Positions 1 through 9,116 of a stretch of DNA of 64,000 bases are shown here, in pieces. Within the stretch, counting starts at the first letter, position 1; the number at the start of each line of letters is the position of its first letter. Source of the DNA: Patescibacteria group bacterium UBA1388 (GTDB lineage Bacteria > Patescibacteriota > Microgenomatia > UBA1400 > PJMF01); contig DBQS01000016.1 in assembly GCA_002305355.1 (NCBI GenBank), positions 36,279 to 100,278 of the forward strand. The letters run 5' to 3'. The notes below the pieces were generated by a model that worked only from the letters and a program-made list of their open reading frames with translations, ran no database searches and was not told where the DNA came from. A program made the translations under genes and the position numbers.

Positions 1-58
1 CGATCAGTATGCTCCCTTTTTGTTCATCAAATGTGGTTTTTTTACCAATTTTTTTCAT
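1..58 (-). CDS. Partial CDS (5' end only, runs off the window): probable prepilin-type N-terminal domain protein
   Basis: Reverse-strand ATG at 58..56 translates by eye to MKKIGKKTTFDEQKGSILI. That is a basic leader, then Gly, then a hydrophobic stretch, as in the three pseudopilins immediately upstream. It starts 3 nt after the stop of ORF 62..571. Only 19 codons are visible. Confidence 0.3.
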   Translation of the reverse strand, partial: MKKIGKKTTFDEQKGSILI

Positions 59-61
59 TAT

Positions 62-571
62 TTATCTCATGCCGATTGTAGTTTGGAACTCTCTACTTTC
101 AAAACCTGTATTTTGGACAATCGGACTCGTGACGGTGTACGAAATTTTCAATGCATGTTTACCGCCAGGATTTCCGAGTCTTTGAATTGAAAAATTGCTA
201 ATTTGGGTATCGAAATTTAATGGCTGATGTTGATCCTCAACAATCAACACTAACTGGCCATCATCAACTACATAAGTATAATTAACGCCCTCAATGATTA
301 ACTTTGCGGTAGGGGAATTCTCTCCCAATAATAATGGCTGTACGATATTTGCAGATCTTTTGATGTCATAGGCTAAACGAGCAAGTATAAACTGACCGTC
401 ACGTTCAACTGCTGATAAAGCTTGACTTTGGCTTTTCGCTTCCAAGATTGATAGGAAAAGGGAGCTGAGTTGCACGAACATCAGTGACACCAACGCAAAA
501 TATAGCAAGAGCTCGATTAATGTATAACCTTGATTGAATCTCTTAATGATCTTTTGATTTGTTTTTATCAT
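62..571 (-). CDS. Pseudopilin / type IV pilin-like protein (prepilin N-terminal cleavage-methylation motif)
   Basis: The N-terminus KRFNQG|YTLIELLLYFALVSLMF has the class III signal layout: basic leader, Gly, Glu at +5, hydrophobic helix. It lies co-directionally in a pseudopilin run. Confidence 0.75.
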   Translation of the reverse strand: MIKTNQKIIKRFNQGYTLIELLLYFALVSLMFVQLSSLFLSILEAKSQSQALSAVERDGQFILARLAYDIKRSANIVQPLLLGENSPTAKLIIEGVNYTYVVDDGQLVLIVEDQHQPLNFDTQISNFSIQRLGNPGGKHALKISYTVTSPIVQNTGFESREFQTTIGMR

Positions 572-624
572 GACTTAGCTGCTTACTATTCATTTTTTGT
601 TCATTCTCATTATCCGCTCAATTG

Positions 625-2607
625 CTATGGAGAGTAATTGACAGTGACTGAATCAATCACTGGGGTACTGGAGCTATCCGCCGTTTCTAAAAAAACTTTA
701 TACTTAAAACATCTGCCAGGGTTTTCATAACCAGAATCATCATCATTGATAGGAATTGGCCCTTCATCTGTAAAAAATGTGGAGCTGGTTCCATCGGGAC
801 CAACAAAGATATATGATGGCTCAACGCAATTTCCGTTGACCGCATCTGCTACGGCCACTTGAAATTTTGCGCTGGTTTGATTGGGTACCATCTTATTCAT
901 CATCACATAATTAAAGGCGGTGGCATAACCAGCATCAAGATATTGAGATTCATAAGTGCCGGTAGTTGCAAATGAATCTCCGGCCCCACCTTCAATAATC
1001 TTGAACTCTGAAGTACTATCTTTGCTAACAATGTAAGAGTATGCTTCGCCATCTTGCTCTAACACACCATCAACCCCATAAACACCGGTATCTAAGTTGA
1101 GGCTGCCACACATTGTTGGATGTGATTCGTCAGTGATATCTACCACTTGATACTCTTCACCTCCAGTGCCAACAATAATTAGTTTGTTCTCGGTCACGAG
1201 TGCCAAGTCCCTGGGATTCATACCATGAGTGTCATATGTCCCAATGAGCGGAAGTGATCCGGATTTGCTAGTGGTGTCAATGATAAATAATTCCCTCATA
1301 TCCCCTGCCTCATCAGTGATGAGATATGCTCTGGTGCCAGTTTCATTTACTTCCACATCCTTACCACGTCTACTATTGACATTTGCGTATCCAACTCTTG
1401 ACAAACTTCTCGGATTAGAAACATCAATTATTTGCATTTCCCTCAAGCCAAAATCAAGCGCCACATAAGCATAATTTCCCTTCACATCAATTCTATAACC
1501 AGTTGCTGGCCACAACAAATAAGGACTCAAGTTGATTGAGTCAAGTTCGGGCAAATTGCCAGACTTATTAGTCAAGTCTACAGTGTGCAACTTGGGACCA
1601 ATCACCATATATGCCACGTTCCCAGACACATGCACTCCTTGCGCAGATCCCCACCAGTAAGTGTCATTAAAAACTGCTACCTCTTGCCCTGTTTCAAGAT
1701 CAACAACCAATAAATCTTTCGAAACGTCACCAGTCGCAATGTAAGCATAATTTTCATCAATGAAAATGTCATTGGTGTCATATCCTGCGATTTGATTGGC
1801 AATACTCACGCCAGGAGGATCATTTTGATCAATATCCATTTCTACAAATACTCCACCAGTACCATCGGTACCGCTAAAAGCCTTACCCTCAATCGCCCTC
1901 ACCACTTTAGCACGCCCTGTGCCAGGTAGGTCTAACTCGGTTCTAATGTAGTCGCTTGGTTTACACCAATTCCCTTTTCCACCAGAACCCAAAATGATTT
2001 CTCCGCCTTGATTATTTACCACCGCTGTGCCACTAGTGAATCCCTCTAAAAAATCTGCTTCACTCGTTTCGATTAAAGACAGATTGTCCAAATATCTAGT
2101 CATATAAATTACAGATGAGATCTGTGATGAGCTGGGTTGTTCCCAACTAATTTGAATGTCAATTTTTTTGATAGATGGATCAATAGTCCCACCTTCAGCA
2201 ATAATGTTTTCTGTTTCATCACGCATCACATCTGAAATAGTAAGTGCTCTTGTGAAGAGACCAGTTGTTTCTTCACCAGCCATAAGCGTCCAAGTCGATT
2301 CAGTCACTACCGGATGATAAACACCATTCGTGGCAATTGACTCCCAACTAGATTCTCTAATCACACGTAAAGCCTCCACGGTTTCAATGAGCAAACCATG
2401 CGCCTGAATTCTGTTCTGTCTTTGAGCGGAGCCTTGTTGAGAAGTAATAATTGCTCCAATTAAAGCAGGCGTAATAATTGCCATCAGGGCCATCACAACC
2501 AAAATTTCAATCAACAGTTGTCCCGAACTAGCGTTCCAGCTCTTCACAAATATTTGCCTCTGACCAGATAATTTTTGCAGAAACTTTAGATTAATTTTTT
2601 TGCGCAT
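625..2607 (-). CDS. Large pilin-like protein: prepilin-type N-terminus fused to an LVIVD-repeat beta-propeller-like domain
   Basis: The N-terminus NASSG|QLLIEILVVMALMAII has Glu at +5. The body holds at least five LVIVD-type repeats: NYAYIATGDVSKDLLVVDLETG, GNVAYMVIGPKLHTVDLTN, GNYAYVALDFGLREMQIIDVSNP, TRAYLITDEAGDMRELFIIDTT and KLIIVGTGGEEYQVVDITDESHP. Confidence 0.7.
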   Translation of the reverse strand: MRKKINLKFLQKLSGQRQIFVKSWNASSGQLLIEILVVMALMAIITPALIGAIITSQQGSAQRQNRIQAHGLLIETVEALRVIRESSWESIATNGVYHPVVTESTWTLMAGEETTGLFTRALTISDVMRDETENIIAEGGTIDPSIKKIDIQISWEQPSSSQISSVIYMTRYLDNLSLIETSEADFLEGFTSGTAVVNNQGGEIILGSGGKGNWCKPSDYIRTELDLPGTGRAKVVRAIEGKAFSGTDGTGGVFVEMDIDQNDPPGVSIANQIAGYDTNDIFIDENYAYIATGDVSKDLLVVDLETGQEVAVFNDTYWWGSAQGVHVSGNVAYMVIGPKLHTVDLTNKSGNLPELDSINLSPYLLWPATGYRIDVKGNYAYVALDFGLREMQIIDVSNPRSLSRVGYANVNSRRGKDVEVNETGTRAYLITDEAGDMRELFIIDTTSKSGSLPLIGTYDTHGMNPRDLALVTENKLIIVGTGGEEYQVVDITDESHPTMCGSLNLDTGVYGVDGVLEQDGEAYSYIVSKDSTSEFKIIEGGAGDSFATTGTYESQYLDAGYATAFNYVMMNKMVPNQTSAKFQVAVADAVNGNCVEPSYIFVGPDGTSSTFFTDEGPIPINDDDSGYENPGRCFKYKVFLETADSSSTPVIDSVTVNYSP

Positions 2608-3118
2608 GCATCGCTCCTAATTGGTTAATTTCGAAATCAACTCGATCCCCAGTTGTTGAATTTTCCAAACTAAATGTATCTAAATCAGATTGATAGTTCA
2701 TGACTTCACCGCTTAACGGTAAAAATATAATTTGTCTATCAGGTATCGTCACTTCCCTAAATCTGACATCCTGAGGCAATGTCGCCACCACATTGGCGGA
2801 GTCGCTAGCTTGGAAAGTATCACCTTGAAACAAAACATATTGATCATCTCCTAAATAAACACCCTGAGGTAGTGCCTCATCGAGATTTGAATAATTGCCT
2901 TGCATGGCCTGCATTTGTTGTCTTTTCAAGTCGGAAACAAACATTTGTTGATACTCGCTGAGATTTGTTTTCGGGATTAATCCTGACAAAGAAATGCTAG
3001 AAATTGCAAACACTACTGTAAATAAGGCAAGCACAACTAATATTTCAACGAGCGTCATGCCTTTATCTTCATAAAGAATCGATCTGTGCAACCAATCCTT
3101 ACTTTTCCTGTTCATCAT
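2591..3118 (-). CDS. Pseudopilin (prepilin N-terminal motif); start moved to an internal ATG
   Basis: Motif YEDKG|MTLVEILVVLALFTVVF. The ORF-track start (3268) would overlap the kinase gene by 170 nt. The ATG at 3118 (MMNRKSKDW...) gives a normal leader and only a 20 nt overlap with the kinase stop at 3099. Confidence 0.7.
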   Translation of the reverse strand: MMNRKSKDWLHRSILYEDKGMTLVEILVVLALFTVVFAISSISLSGLIPKTNLSEYQQMFVSDLKRQQMQAMQGNYSNLDEALPQGVYLGDDQYVLFQGDTFQASDSANVVATLPQDVRFREVTIPDRQIIFLPLSGEVMNYQSDLDTFSLENSTTGDRVDFEINQLGAMHAQKN

Positions 3119-5339
3119 TTGGGTCTTTCTTAACACTTTTTTCTTCGTGACGTTTGCGTAATTTTTTGAGTCCTTCCTCAGAATACACCGGCACTGTAAA
3201 ACTGAAAGTGGAACCTTTGCCATGACCGTCCGATTCAACCCAAATTTTCCCTCCGTGCAACTCAACAATTGATTTGCTGATGTACAAACCTAATCCAGTG
3301 CCTTGAGCTGAATCTTTGTTCGAAATGTAAGATTCTTTGAGCATACCAAATTTTTTAAACAACTTTGAAATTTGATCCCTCGCCAAACCTACTCCGGTAT
3401 CAATGACGCTGATCGTCACAAATTGTTTGGAAGCAGTTAGACATACTCTGACCTTACCTTGAGGGGGTGTGAATTTGAGTGCATTACCTATTAAATTAGT
3501 CAATACTTCAGCAATTTTATCTCGGTCTGCCATCACATCTGGTAAATCAGACATTTTCTGATGTTTAGCGGTCGGACACTCAATAGTGACCTGCACGTGA
3601 TGCGCTTCAGATCGAGGTTGAAATTCACCGACAATTTGTGACACTAATTCACCAATTTTTAGTTGGGTAATATTCAAAATAATTCTTCCTGATTCAATTC
3701 GCGAAATGTTCAACAAATCATTGATCAATTGTGACATTCTGTTGGCAGAGGCATATGCCCTATCTAAATAAAACTTTTGCTTGCGTTGCAACCTACCACC
3801 CTTGCCCGCCAAAGTCATCCAAATATAATTTTTGATTGAAACCATGGGAGTCCGCAACTCGTGAGAAGCAATTGATACAAATTCATCTTTAAGCTTGTCT
3901 AACTCCTGCAATTTTTTATTGGCAGCCAGTAATTGACTAGTAGCTCGTTCAATTTCATCCTCAAGTGTTATATTGAACCTGCGAATTTCTTCATAAGCTT
4001 TAGCATTTTCAATAGCAACTGCTGCTTGAGAGGCAATGATGTTAACTAACTTGGAGTCTCGGCTTGAAAAAGGATCGCCAGACAATTTCCCTCCCAAAGT
4101 AATTAGGCCTATTGTTTGACCCTCCTTAATCATCTCGATCACTAATTCAAACTCATATTTTTTAAAAATGTTCTGTAATTTGTTGTTGCTCAATGATTCG
4201 TAAATCATTAATTCATTGGGATGTAAAAGTTCTCCAATCTCTTTTTCATCAAGAACAGGTGTTTCGTCATACCCTTCACTAACAACCTGATATATCCCAT
4301 TTTCTTCAATTAAAATAATCATCCCTCTGTGAATTTTCATATTTTGTAACATACGTTGCAACAACTTCCGACATAAATCTTCCAGCAAGAGAGTGGATGC
4401 CATAATTAAAGTTAACTGGTGAAGCAATTCTTCGAAATCATAATAATCCTGATAAAAAATTTGATCCGTTGTTTTCGTAAGGAATTTTTTGAGTGGTTGC
4501 AGCGTAAATCCCACAGCAATAGACAAAAACACGAATATACTTGCTAAACGCAAATCTAACAAACTACCGAAAATCAAATTTGAAAACAAAAATAGAAAAA
4601 TACTTTGGAAAGTTGCAAAAATAATCAAGACTAAAAAATAGGAGACAGTTCTCGCTAGGACTGGCCTGATGTCTAAAAGTTGGTAACGACCAATGGCTGC
4701 GGCAACGGCCCCTCCTCCCAACAATAAAAATAATGGTGACCAATCAACAAACCAGGTAATATGAAAAATGAGCGGCAAAATTACCGTTGATACCAGCATT
4801 AAAATAAAGCTAATTGAAATACCGACTGCAATTAATTGCAGTTGTTGTCGCAAATAACCTTTGCTTAAACGGTATTTCCTGAACAGACTTGCTACTCCTC
4901 CCAAGATTGCACCTATCTGCAGCATCATAAATGACAACACTGCGGAACCAGCTTCGATTTGTAAAGTACCTGCTTCAATCGTAACTCTAGAAAAAATTAA
5001 TCCCGAATAAGCAAGAACAAAATTGAGCAAAACCCACAAAAAAAGAACGATTTGGATTTTCAAATTAAAAAATATTTTTTGTGTGGGAAATACTTTCACA
5101 AAACAAAAAAAGAAGGGACCAGCTGGAATGGCTGAAAATAGTATCATTTTAGAAAAGAAATCAAGGCCCATTTGAGAATTGGTATGTAAAGCTAAATAAT
5201 TAAAAATTGGGTAAAGACTAATGCAAAATAAAAGAAAAGCAAAATAGATATGAGTACCACTTTTCCTATTTTTGAGAATAATAAACAAGCCCAGTACAAA
5301 ACTGATTAAAGCAGTCAAGATGGCGATAAATAATTCCAT
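3099..5339 (-). CDS. Sensor histidine kinase: polytopic N-terminal membrane domain, GAF-like domain, HisKA, HATPase_c
   Basis: About 290 aa of repeated hydrophobic helices are followed by a GAF-like segment ending AAVAIENAKAYEE. The H-box is IASHELRTPM. The ATP-lid is GTGLGLYISKSIVELHGG. Confidence 0.85.
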   Translation of the reverse strand: MELFIAILTALISFVLGLFIILKNRKSGTHIYFAFLLFCISLYPIFNYLALHTNSQMGLDFFSKMILFSAIPAGPFFFCFVKVFPTQKIFFNLKIQIVLFLWVLLNFVLAYSGLIFSRVTIEAGTLQIEAGSAVLSFMMLQIGAILGGVASLFRKYRLSKGYLRQQLQLIAVGISISFILMLVSTVILPLIFHITWFVDWSPLFLLLGGGAVAAAIGRYQLLDIRPVLARTVSYFLVLIIFATFQSIFLFLFSNLIFGSLLDLRLASIFVFLSIAVGFTLQPLKKFLTKTTDQIFYQDYYDFEELLHQLTLIMASTLLLEDLCRKLLQRMLQNMKIHRGMIILIEENGIYQVVSEGYDETPVLDEKEIGELLHPNELMIYESLSNNKLQNIFKKYEFELVIEMIKEGQTIGLITLGGKLSGDPFSSRDSKLVNIIASQAAVAIENAKAYEEIRRFNITLEDEIERATSQLLAANKKLQELDKLKDEFVSIASHELRTPMVSIKNYIWMTLAGKGGRLQRKQKFYLDRAYASANRMSQLINDLLNISRIESGRIILNITQLKIGELVSQIVGEFQPRSEAHHVQVTIECPTAKHQKMSDLPDVMADRDKIAEVLTNLIGNALKFTPPQGKVRVCLTASKQFVTISVIDTGVGLARDQISKLFKKFGMLKESYISNKDSAQGTGLGLYISKSIVELHGGKIWVESDGHGKGSTFSFTVPVYSEEGLKKLRKRHEEKSVKKDPNDEQEK

Positions 5340-5345
5340 GCAGTG

Positions 5346-6482
5346 CTAGGGCAAATTAATCGCCTCCAAAACACTTCTGCGTGGCGTGTGAATTTCCCTA
5401 TTTACACTATACCCTAATCGAAAAAACATGTGAGGAGTAAGTTTGGGAATCCTGAAAAACGATTGCAAAAACGCTGGGTAGTTTTTGTTTTCAACCAAAG
5501 CTGCCATCGGCGTAGTGCTGATTCCAAAGTTTCGACAAACCAAAGCAACTAATTGATAAGCAATACCAGCTTGAATCCATGCCAAAATATTATTCTCAGA
5601 GCTAGCTATTAATCCTAACGCTGGTGCTGACTGTAAATTTTTAGCATCTTTGATCGACTGTATTTTCAATGGAAAAGCAAAAAACCTAATCACTATTGGT
5701 CCTAACCAAGACATCAAAAGTGGTAAACCTGAAACAAAACCGGGCATACCATCCGCTTGCTGAGTGTTGTTCGCTCGCAACCACTGGCTTAATTCTCTTC
5801 TGAAATTCTGATTCGCAGACATTTCATATGCTGCCTTCTTGTAAAGCTGAGCCAGTGTTTTAATTGTATCCCCATTTGATATAATTTTTAACTGAGATTT
5901 CGTAAATAATCTTACATAGTTGTTGATTAAATTTACAACTTGATTGGGAACAGTTTGAGAAAGATATTTCCCCTTATCTGAAAAACGTTTATCAATATTC
6001 TCAAACAGCCTACCGAGTATCATTAGTTTGGATATTTGATGATCATCTGTTGGTTTTTGAAATGAAACTTGAATTAATAATTCAAATCTTTTAACCCATA
6101 GGTCATTAACATTTGAAAAACAATTTTTAGTCTTAGTGATTCCTTGAAAATAGTTATCTTGATTAATATTTGATCTTTTCCGGTGAATTTCATAGTCAAT
6201 TTGATAACCATATGCTGCAGCAGCAACTTGTAAGTTTGTGATCATACAGCCGAGACTTATAAAAACACCCCTGTCAATGGGATCCGCGGCTGGCAGACGC
6301 AACTGATAATTTGGAGAAATTGTTAACCCGCCATCATTGACCTTTAACTTCCAAGGCTGCGTATTATGAGTTGATGGGGCAAGGATGCCCGCTTTCAAAC
6401 TTTCAGACACTACAACTGCTAATGATTTGTTGGATTGCGGTTGACGTAAATGATGCCAAGCTGCGTAATTGTGCTTATGCAT
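5346..6482 (-). CDS. Acg-type (two-lobed) nitroreductase-family FMN oxidoreductase
   Basis: The N-terminal signature GILAPSTHNTQPWKL is followed by AADPIDRGVFISLGCMITNL. The 378 aa length fits a duplicated nitroreductase fold of the Acg/Rv2032 type. The start codon abuts the upstream stop (6482/6483). Confidence 0.6.
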   Translation of the reverse strand: MHKHNYAAWHHLRQPQSNKSLAVVVSESLKAGILAPSTHNTQPWKLKVNDGGLTISPNYQLRLPAADPIDRGVFISLGCMITNLQVAAAAYGYQIDYEIHRKRSNINQDNYFQGITKTKNCFSNVNDLWVKRFELLIQVSFQKPTDDHQISKLMILGRLFENIDKRFSDKGKYLSQTVPNQVVNLINNYVRLFTKSQLKIISNGDTIKTLAQLYKKAAYEMSANQNFRRELSQWLRANNTQQADGMPGFVSGLPLLMSWLGPIVIRFFAFPLKIQSIKDAKNLQSAPALGLIASSENNILAWIQAGIAYQLVALVCRNFGISTTPMAALVENKNYPAFLQSFFRIPKLTPHMFFRLGYSVNREIHTPRRSVLEAINLP

Positions 6483-7586
6483 TTAATTTACCTCCATCAT
6501 ATCTTCAAGATCAAATATACTTGGAAAATGAATTTTCGTTTGCTGACTAACAACCTTTTTGCGCAGGGCAATTTGTCTAACTAAAAAGGCAGTGATACCT
6601 GCGCCAACTGTCACCGAACTATACAGTTGTGGTCTACCAACCAAAGTTATTCCCAACTGGGTAACTGAGCGCTTTGCTCTAAGCGGCACATTATTTTTAC
6701 CAACTAAAGTTACCGCCAACATTTTCCGTTCATCATCGCTTAATTTTTGATTGACTATTTTATTTAATAAGGCTGCTTTCACCCTGCCATGAAAAGGTTG
6801 CAAACTTTCTAAGTCGTAACGTTCAACATCGAACAATACCGAATCACCCAAATTAGTGCACATCAAGAGAGGCAAACGGTACTTTTTCGCCATTTGTCTT
6901 AACAGGACTTTCATCGGAAAGTCATCTATTGCATCAATAAGCAATTGCGGCCGATTCTTTTCCCTCATTAATTTTTCTATTAATGTTTGAGTGGCTCTTT
7001 TCCGAATCACATTTAACTTTAAAAAAGGATCAAGCTGATATAAATCTTGAGCAACCCGCTCTGCTTTTGACTGACCAATAGCAAAGATATCGACCGGTAC
7101 ACGATTTAAATTTGATATCGAAAAATAATCATCATCACAAATTGTCATCCTCTGTGAAAAACCGCACTGGATGATAGTTTTCGCAATCACCCCGCCAATA
7201 GACATCCCAAAAATTGCAATCGGAAAGTCACGGAGTTGCAGCTGTTCTTTTGCTGAAATGAGTTTTTGATTACGGTTGGTGCGCAAAGCAAAAAAATTAT
7301 GCTCTGTAAGTAAGTGTACGATGGCATTTCTCCATGGATAATAGACCCACACGCCAATAATTTGATCTTGTTCTTTATTATCAGCTAAAAATTCTTGCAA
7401 CTTGGCTTGATTGCTTGCCACAGATGGATTAGTTATTTCAAATAATTCCCGTAGTTGGTCTTGGTAGTGATCAATTTTATTAACTTGAGGATGATGAGCT
7501 AACCATCTTGATAAGTCTTTAGGAGAGTGCGAATCAGCAGAAATTATGAAAGGTGAATATTCTGACTTCATTTGCTCATTCATCAA
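6483..7586 (-). CDS. Divergent E1/ThiF/MoeB-like adenylyltransferase-fold protein with a unique ~110 aa N-terminal extension
   Basis: A Rossmann loop IAIFGMSIGGVIA is followed by the E1-family hallmark CDDDYFSISNLNRV (D-x-D..SNL.R). I saw no C-terminal rhodanese domain and no obvious CxxC pairs. Confidence 0.6.
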   Translation of the reverse strand: MMNEQMKSEYSPFIISADSHSPKDLSRWLAHHPQVNKIDHYQDQLRELFEITNPSVASNQAKLQEFLADNKEQDQIIGVWVYYPWRNAIVHLLTEHNFFALRTNRNQKLISAKEQLQLRDFPIAIFGMSIGGVIAKTIIQCGFSQRMTICDDDYFSISNLNRVPVDIFAIGQSKAERVAQDLYQLDPFLKLNVIRKRATQTLIEKLMREKNRPQLLIDAIDDFPMKVLLRQMAKKYRLPLLMCTNLGDSVLFDVERYDLESLQPFHGRVKAALLNKIVNQKLSDDERKMLAVTLVGKNNVPLRAKRSVTQLGITLVGRPQLYSSVTVGAGITAFLVRQIALRKKVVSQQTKIHFPSIFDLEDMMEVN

Positions 7587-7589
7587 ACC

Positions 7590-9116
7590 TTACTTCTTAA
7601 TCCATCGTTGCTTAATAATGGGGTTAAAATATTTGGGATGATGGTGTTCCCAAAAAATCACATTTGGTTCGGCCCTGCCATTAATAGTTTCATAGGTTTT
7701 TCTGTATGGTGAATTTTCAACTTTTAAAATCTCAACCAGTGTTTTCGTTACAGATTTTTTCAGTGATTTTGAACTTTTAATACCACTCTTTAACTCGACG
7801 TTAATATCTAATCTTTGATTCTGATCCCGATCATATCTGACTTCCATAGTAAATCTGCCAGTAACTGCTACCTCTAATTCGGAACGAAGTAATGCCCTTC
7901 TAATTGTTTCCGGATAAATCGTGAAACCATAAAAACTAACCGAAAAATCTCGCCTTTCGTAAACATAAACAAATGGTAGCTGCCAAACGGTATGATCTAT
8001 TTTTTCTTGTTTCGCAAGCTTCAGCAAATCTGTGCCATGTTCTTCAAAATTTTTAATCATCCTTTCAAAGGAAATTACTCTACCCCTATCTTTCAAATCA
8101 TAGCGTGCAAGTGGCAAACCACTATAGGCAGAACAAATTAAATCACCATCATCATCTTCAAAATAAAACATGTCTGGGAAAAATTGGGTTAAGGTAGGAA
8201 CACGATAGATTTTGTTAAAAACTTGATCAAAAATTACTTTGTTCAGATAAGCCTTTCTTCTTGCCAAAATTGAAAGTGGTGTTTCATAAGACATCGTACC
8301 CATATCCACCGTACCATATTGATTTAAAGTGTGCGTGAAAATATTTTCTAAGCCAGTTGCTTTCGCCACATAATCTCGAAAAGACTCACTAAATACTTCC
8401 GCCGCAAAAATAAAACCAAGGTCATATTGTTTCCACTTCAAACCCTCTCGTTTTGCTTCATCTAAAGTATCTTTGAGAAATGGTCCATAACTCCCAATAA
8501 TGATTTGATCAAAATATGGACCCAAGCGTTTGACAGCCTTAATGATTTCTGTCGCACTCACACCGGGTGTAATCACACTTAATGGATACTGTCTACTATC
8601 AGCAATGTATTTAATGGCTTGATAAGTAAACAAGCCTCCAATCCACTGCCCCATCGGAAAACCAACGATGTAGAGCGTAGTTTTCTGATCAATTTGAAAG
8701 TTTGTGAGCAAATATAATTCTGCCATTGCTGCATACTGCCAATCTTGATCCCTTTCCCTCGGAAAATAAAACGGTTCACCAGTTGATCCAGTAGTTGATG
8801 CAATTACAACTGGCTTTGAAGATAACTTACCATCCCACGATAAGGCATCAAGAGGATATTGTCTTAAATATGAGTTCTTACTAACTGGGGGTACCTTTTT
8901 AAAATCGGCAATTGTATTAATTGTGTGCGGCCTAATCTTGTGTTTACGTAAAAAATCTCGATAAGCAGGCACACGTAATGCCATCTGCTGAAATAATTGT
9001 AAAACGCGTTTGTCGCCTCTTTTTTGCCAATAATATTCTGGATTGTGTTGTAATTTGTAAAGTAATTTATTTGGTTGTAAATAGCCAGACGCTATTAATG
9101 TCCTGTTATTCTTCAT
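7590..9116 (-). CDS. Adenylate-forming enzyme of the phenylacetate-CoA ligase / coenzyme F390 synthetase (PaaK/CapK-like) family
   Basis: AMP-binding motif ASTTGSTGEPFYFP, plus FAAEVF and QYGTVDMG motifs. The start is set at ATG 9116 (MKNNRTLIAS), which overlaps the upstream stop as ATGAAGAATAA. The ORF-track start at 9221 would overlap 116 nt. Confidence 0.6.
   Translation of the reverse strand: MKNNRTLIASGYLQPNKLLYKLQHNPEYYWQKRGDKRVLQLFQQMALRVPAYRDFLRKHKIRPHTINTIADFKKVPPVSKNSYLRQYPLDALSWDGKLSSKPVVIASTTGSTGEPFYFPRERDQDWQYAAMAELYLLTNFQIDQKTTLYIVGFPMGQWIGGLFTYQAIKYIADSRQYPLSVITPGVSATEIIKAVKRLGPYFDQIIIGSYGPFLKDTLDEAKREGLKWKQYDLGFIFAAEVFSESFRDYVAKATGLENIFTHTLNQYGTVDMGTMSYETPLSILARRKAYLNKVIFDQVFNKIYRVPTLTQFFPDMFYFEDDDGDLICSAYSGLPLARYDLKDRGRVISFERMIKNFEEHGTDLLKLAKQEKIDHTVWQLPFVYVYERRDFSVSFYGFTIYPETIRRALLRSELEVAVTGRFTMEVRYDRDQNQRLDINVELKSGIKSSKSLKKSVTKTLVEILKVENSPYRKTYETINGRAEPNVIFWEHHHPKYFNPIIKQRWIKK

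Noticed and set aside
1229-1468. Short ORF-track entries lying antisense to or nested within long conserved genes. Examples: 1229-1468, 6559-6750, 8579-8803, 10370-10582, 11646-12020, 12169-12351, 13696-13965, 13998-14285, 15610-15825, 25051-25236, 27067-27354, 28451-28744, 29205-29495, 36061-36261, 41168-41389, 49785-50174, 51724-52422, 55904-56367.
   Set aside because: Each overlaps a longer ORF that has clear family motifs. Their translations are low-complexity with no recognisable motifs. Such shadow ORFs are expected in AT-rich DNA.
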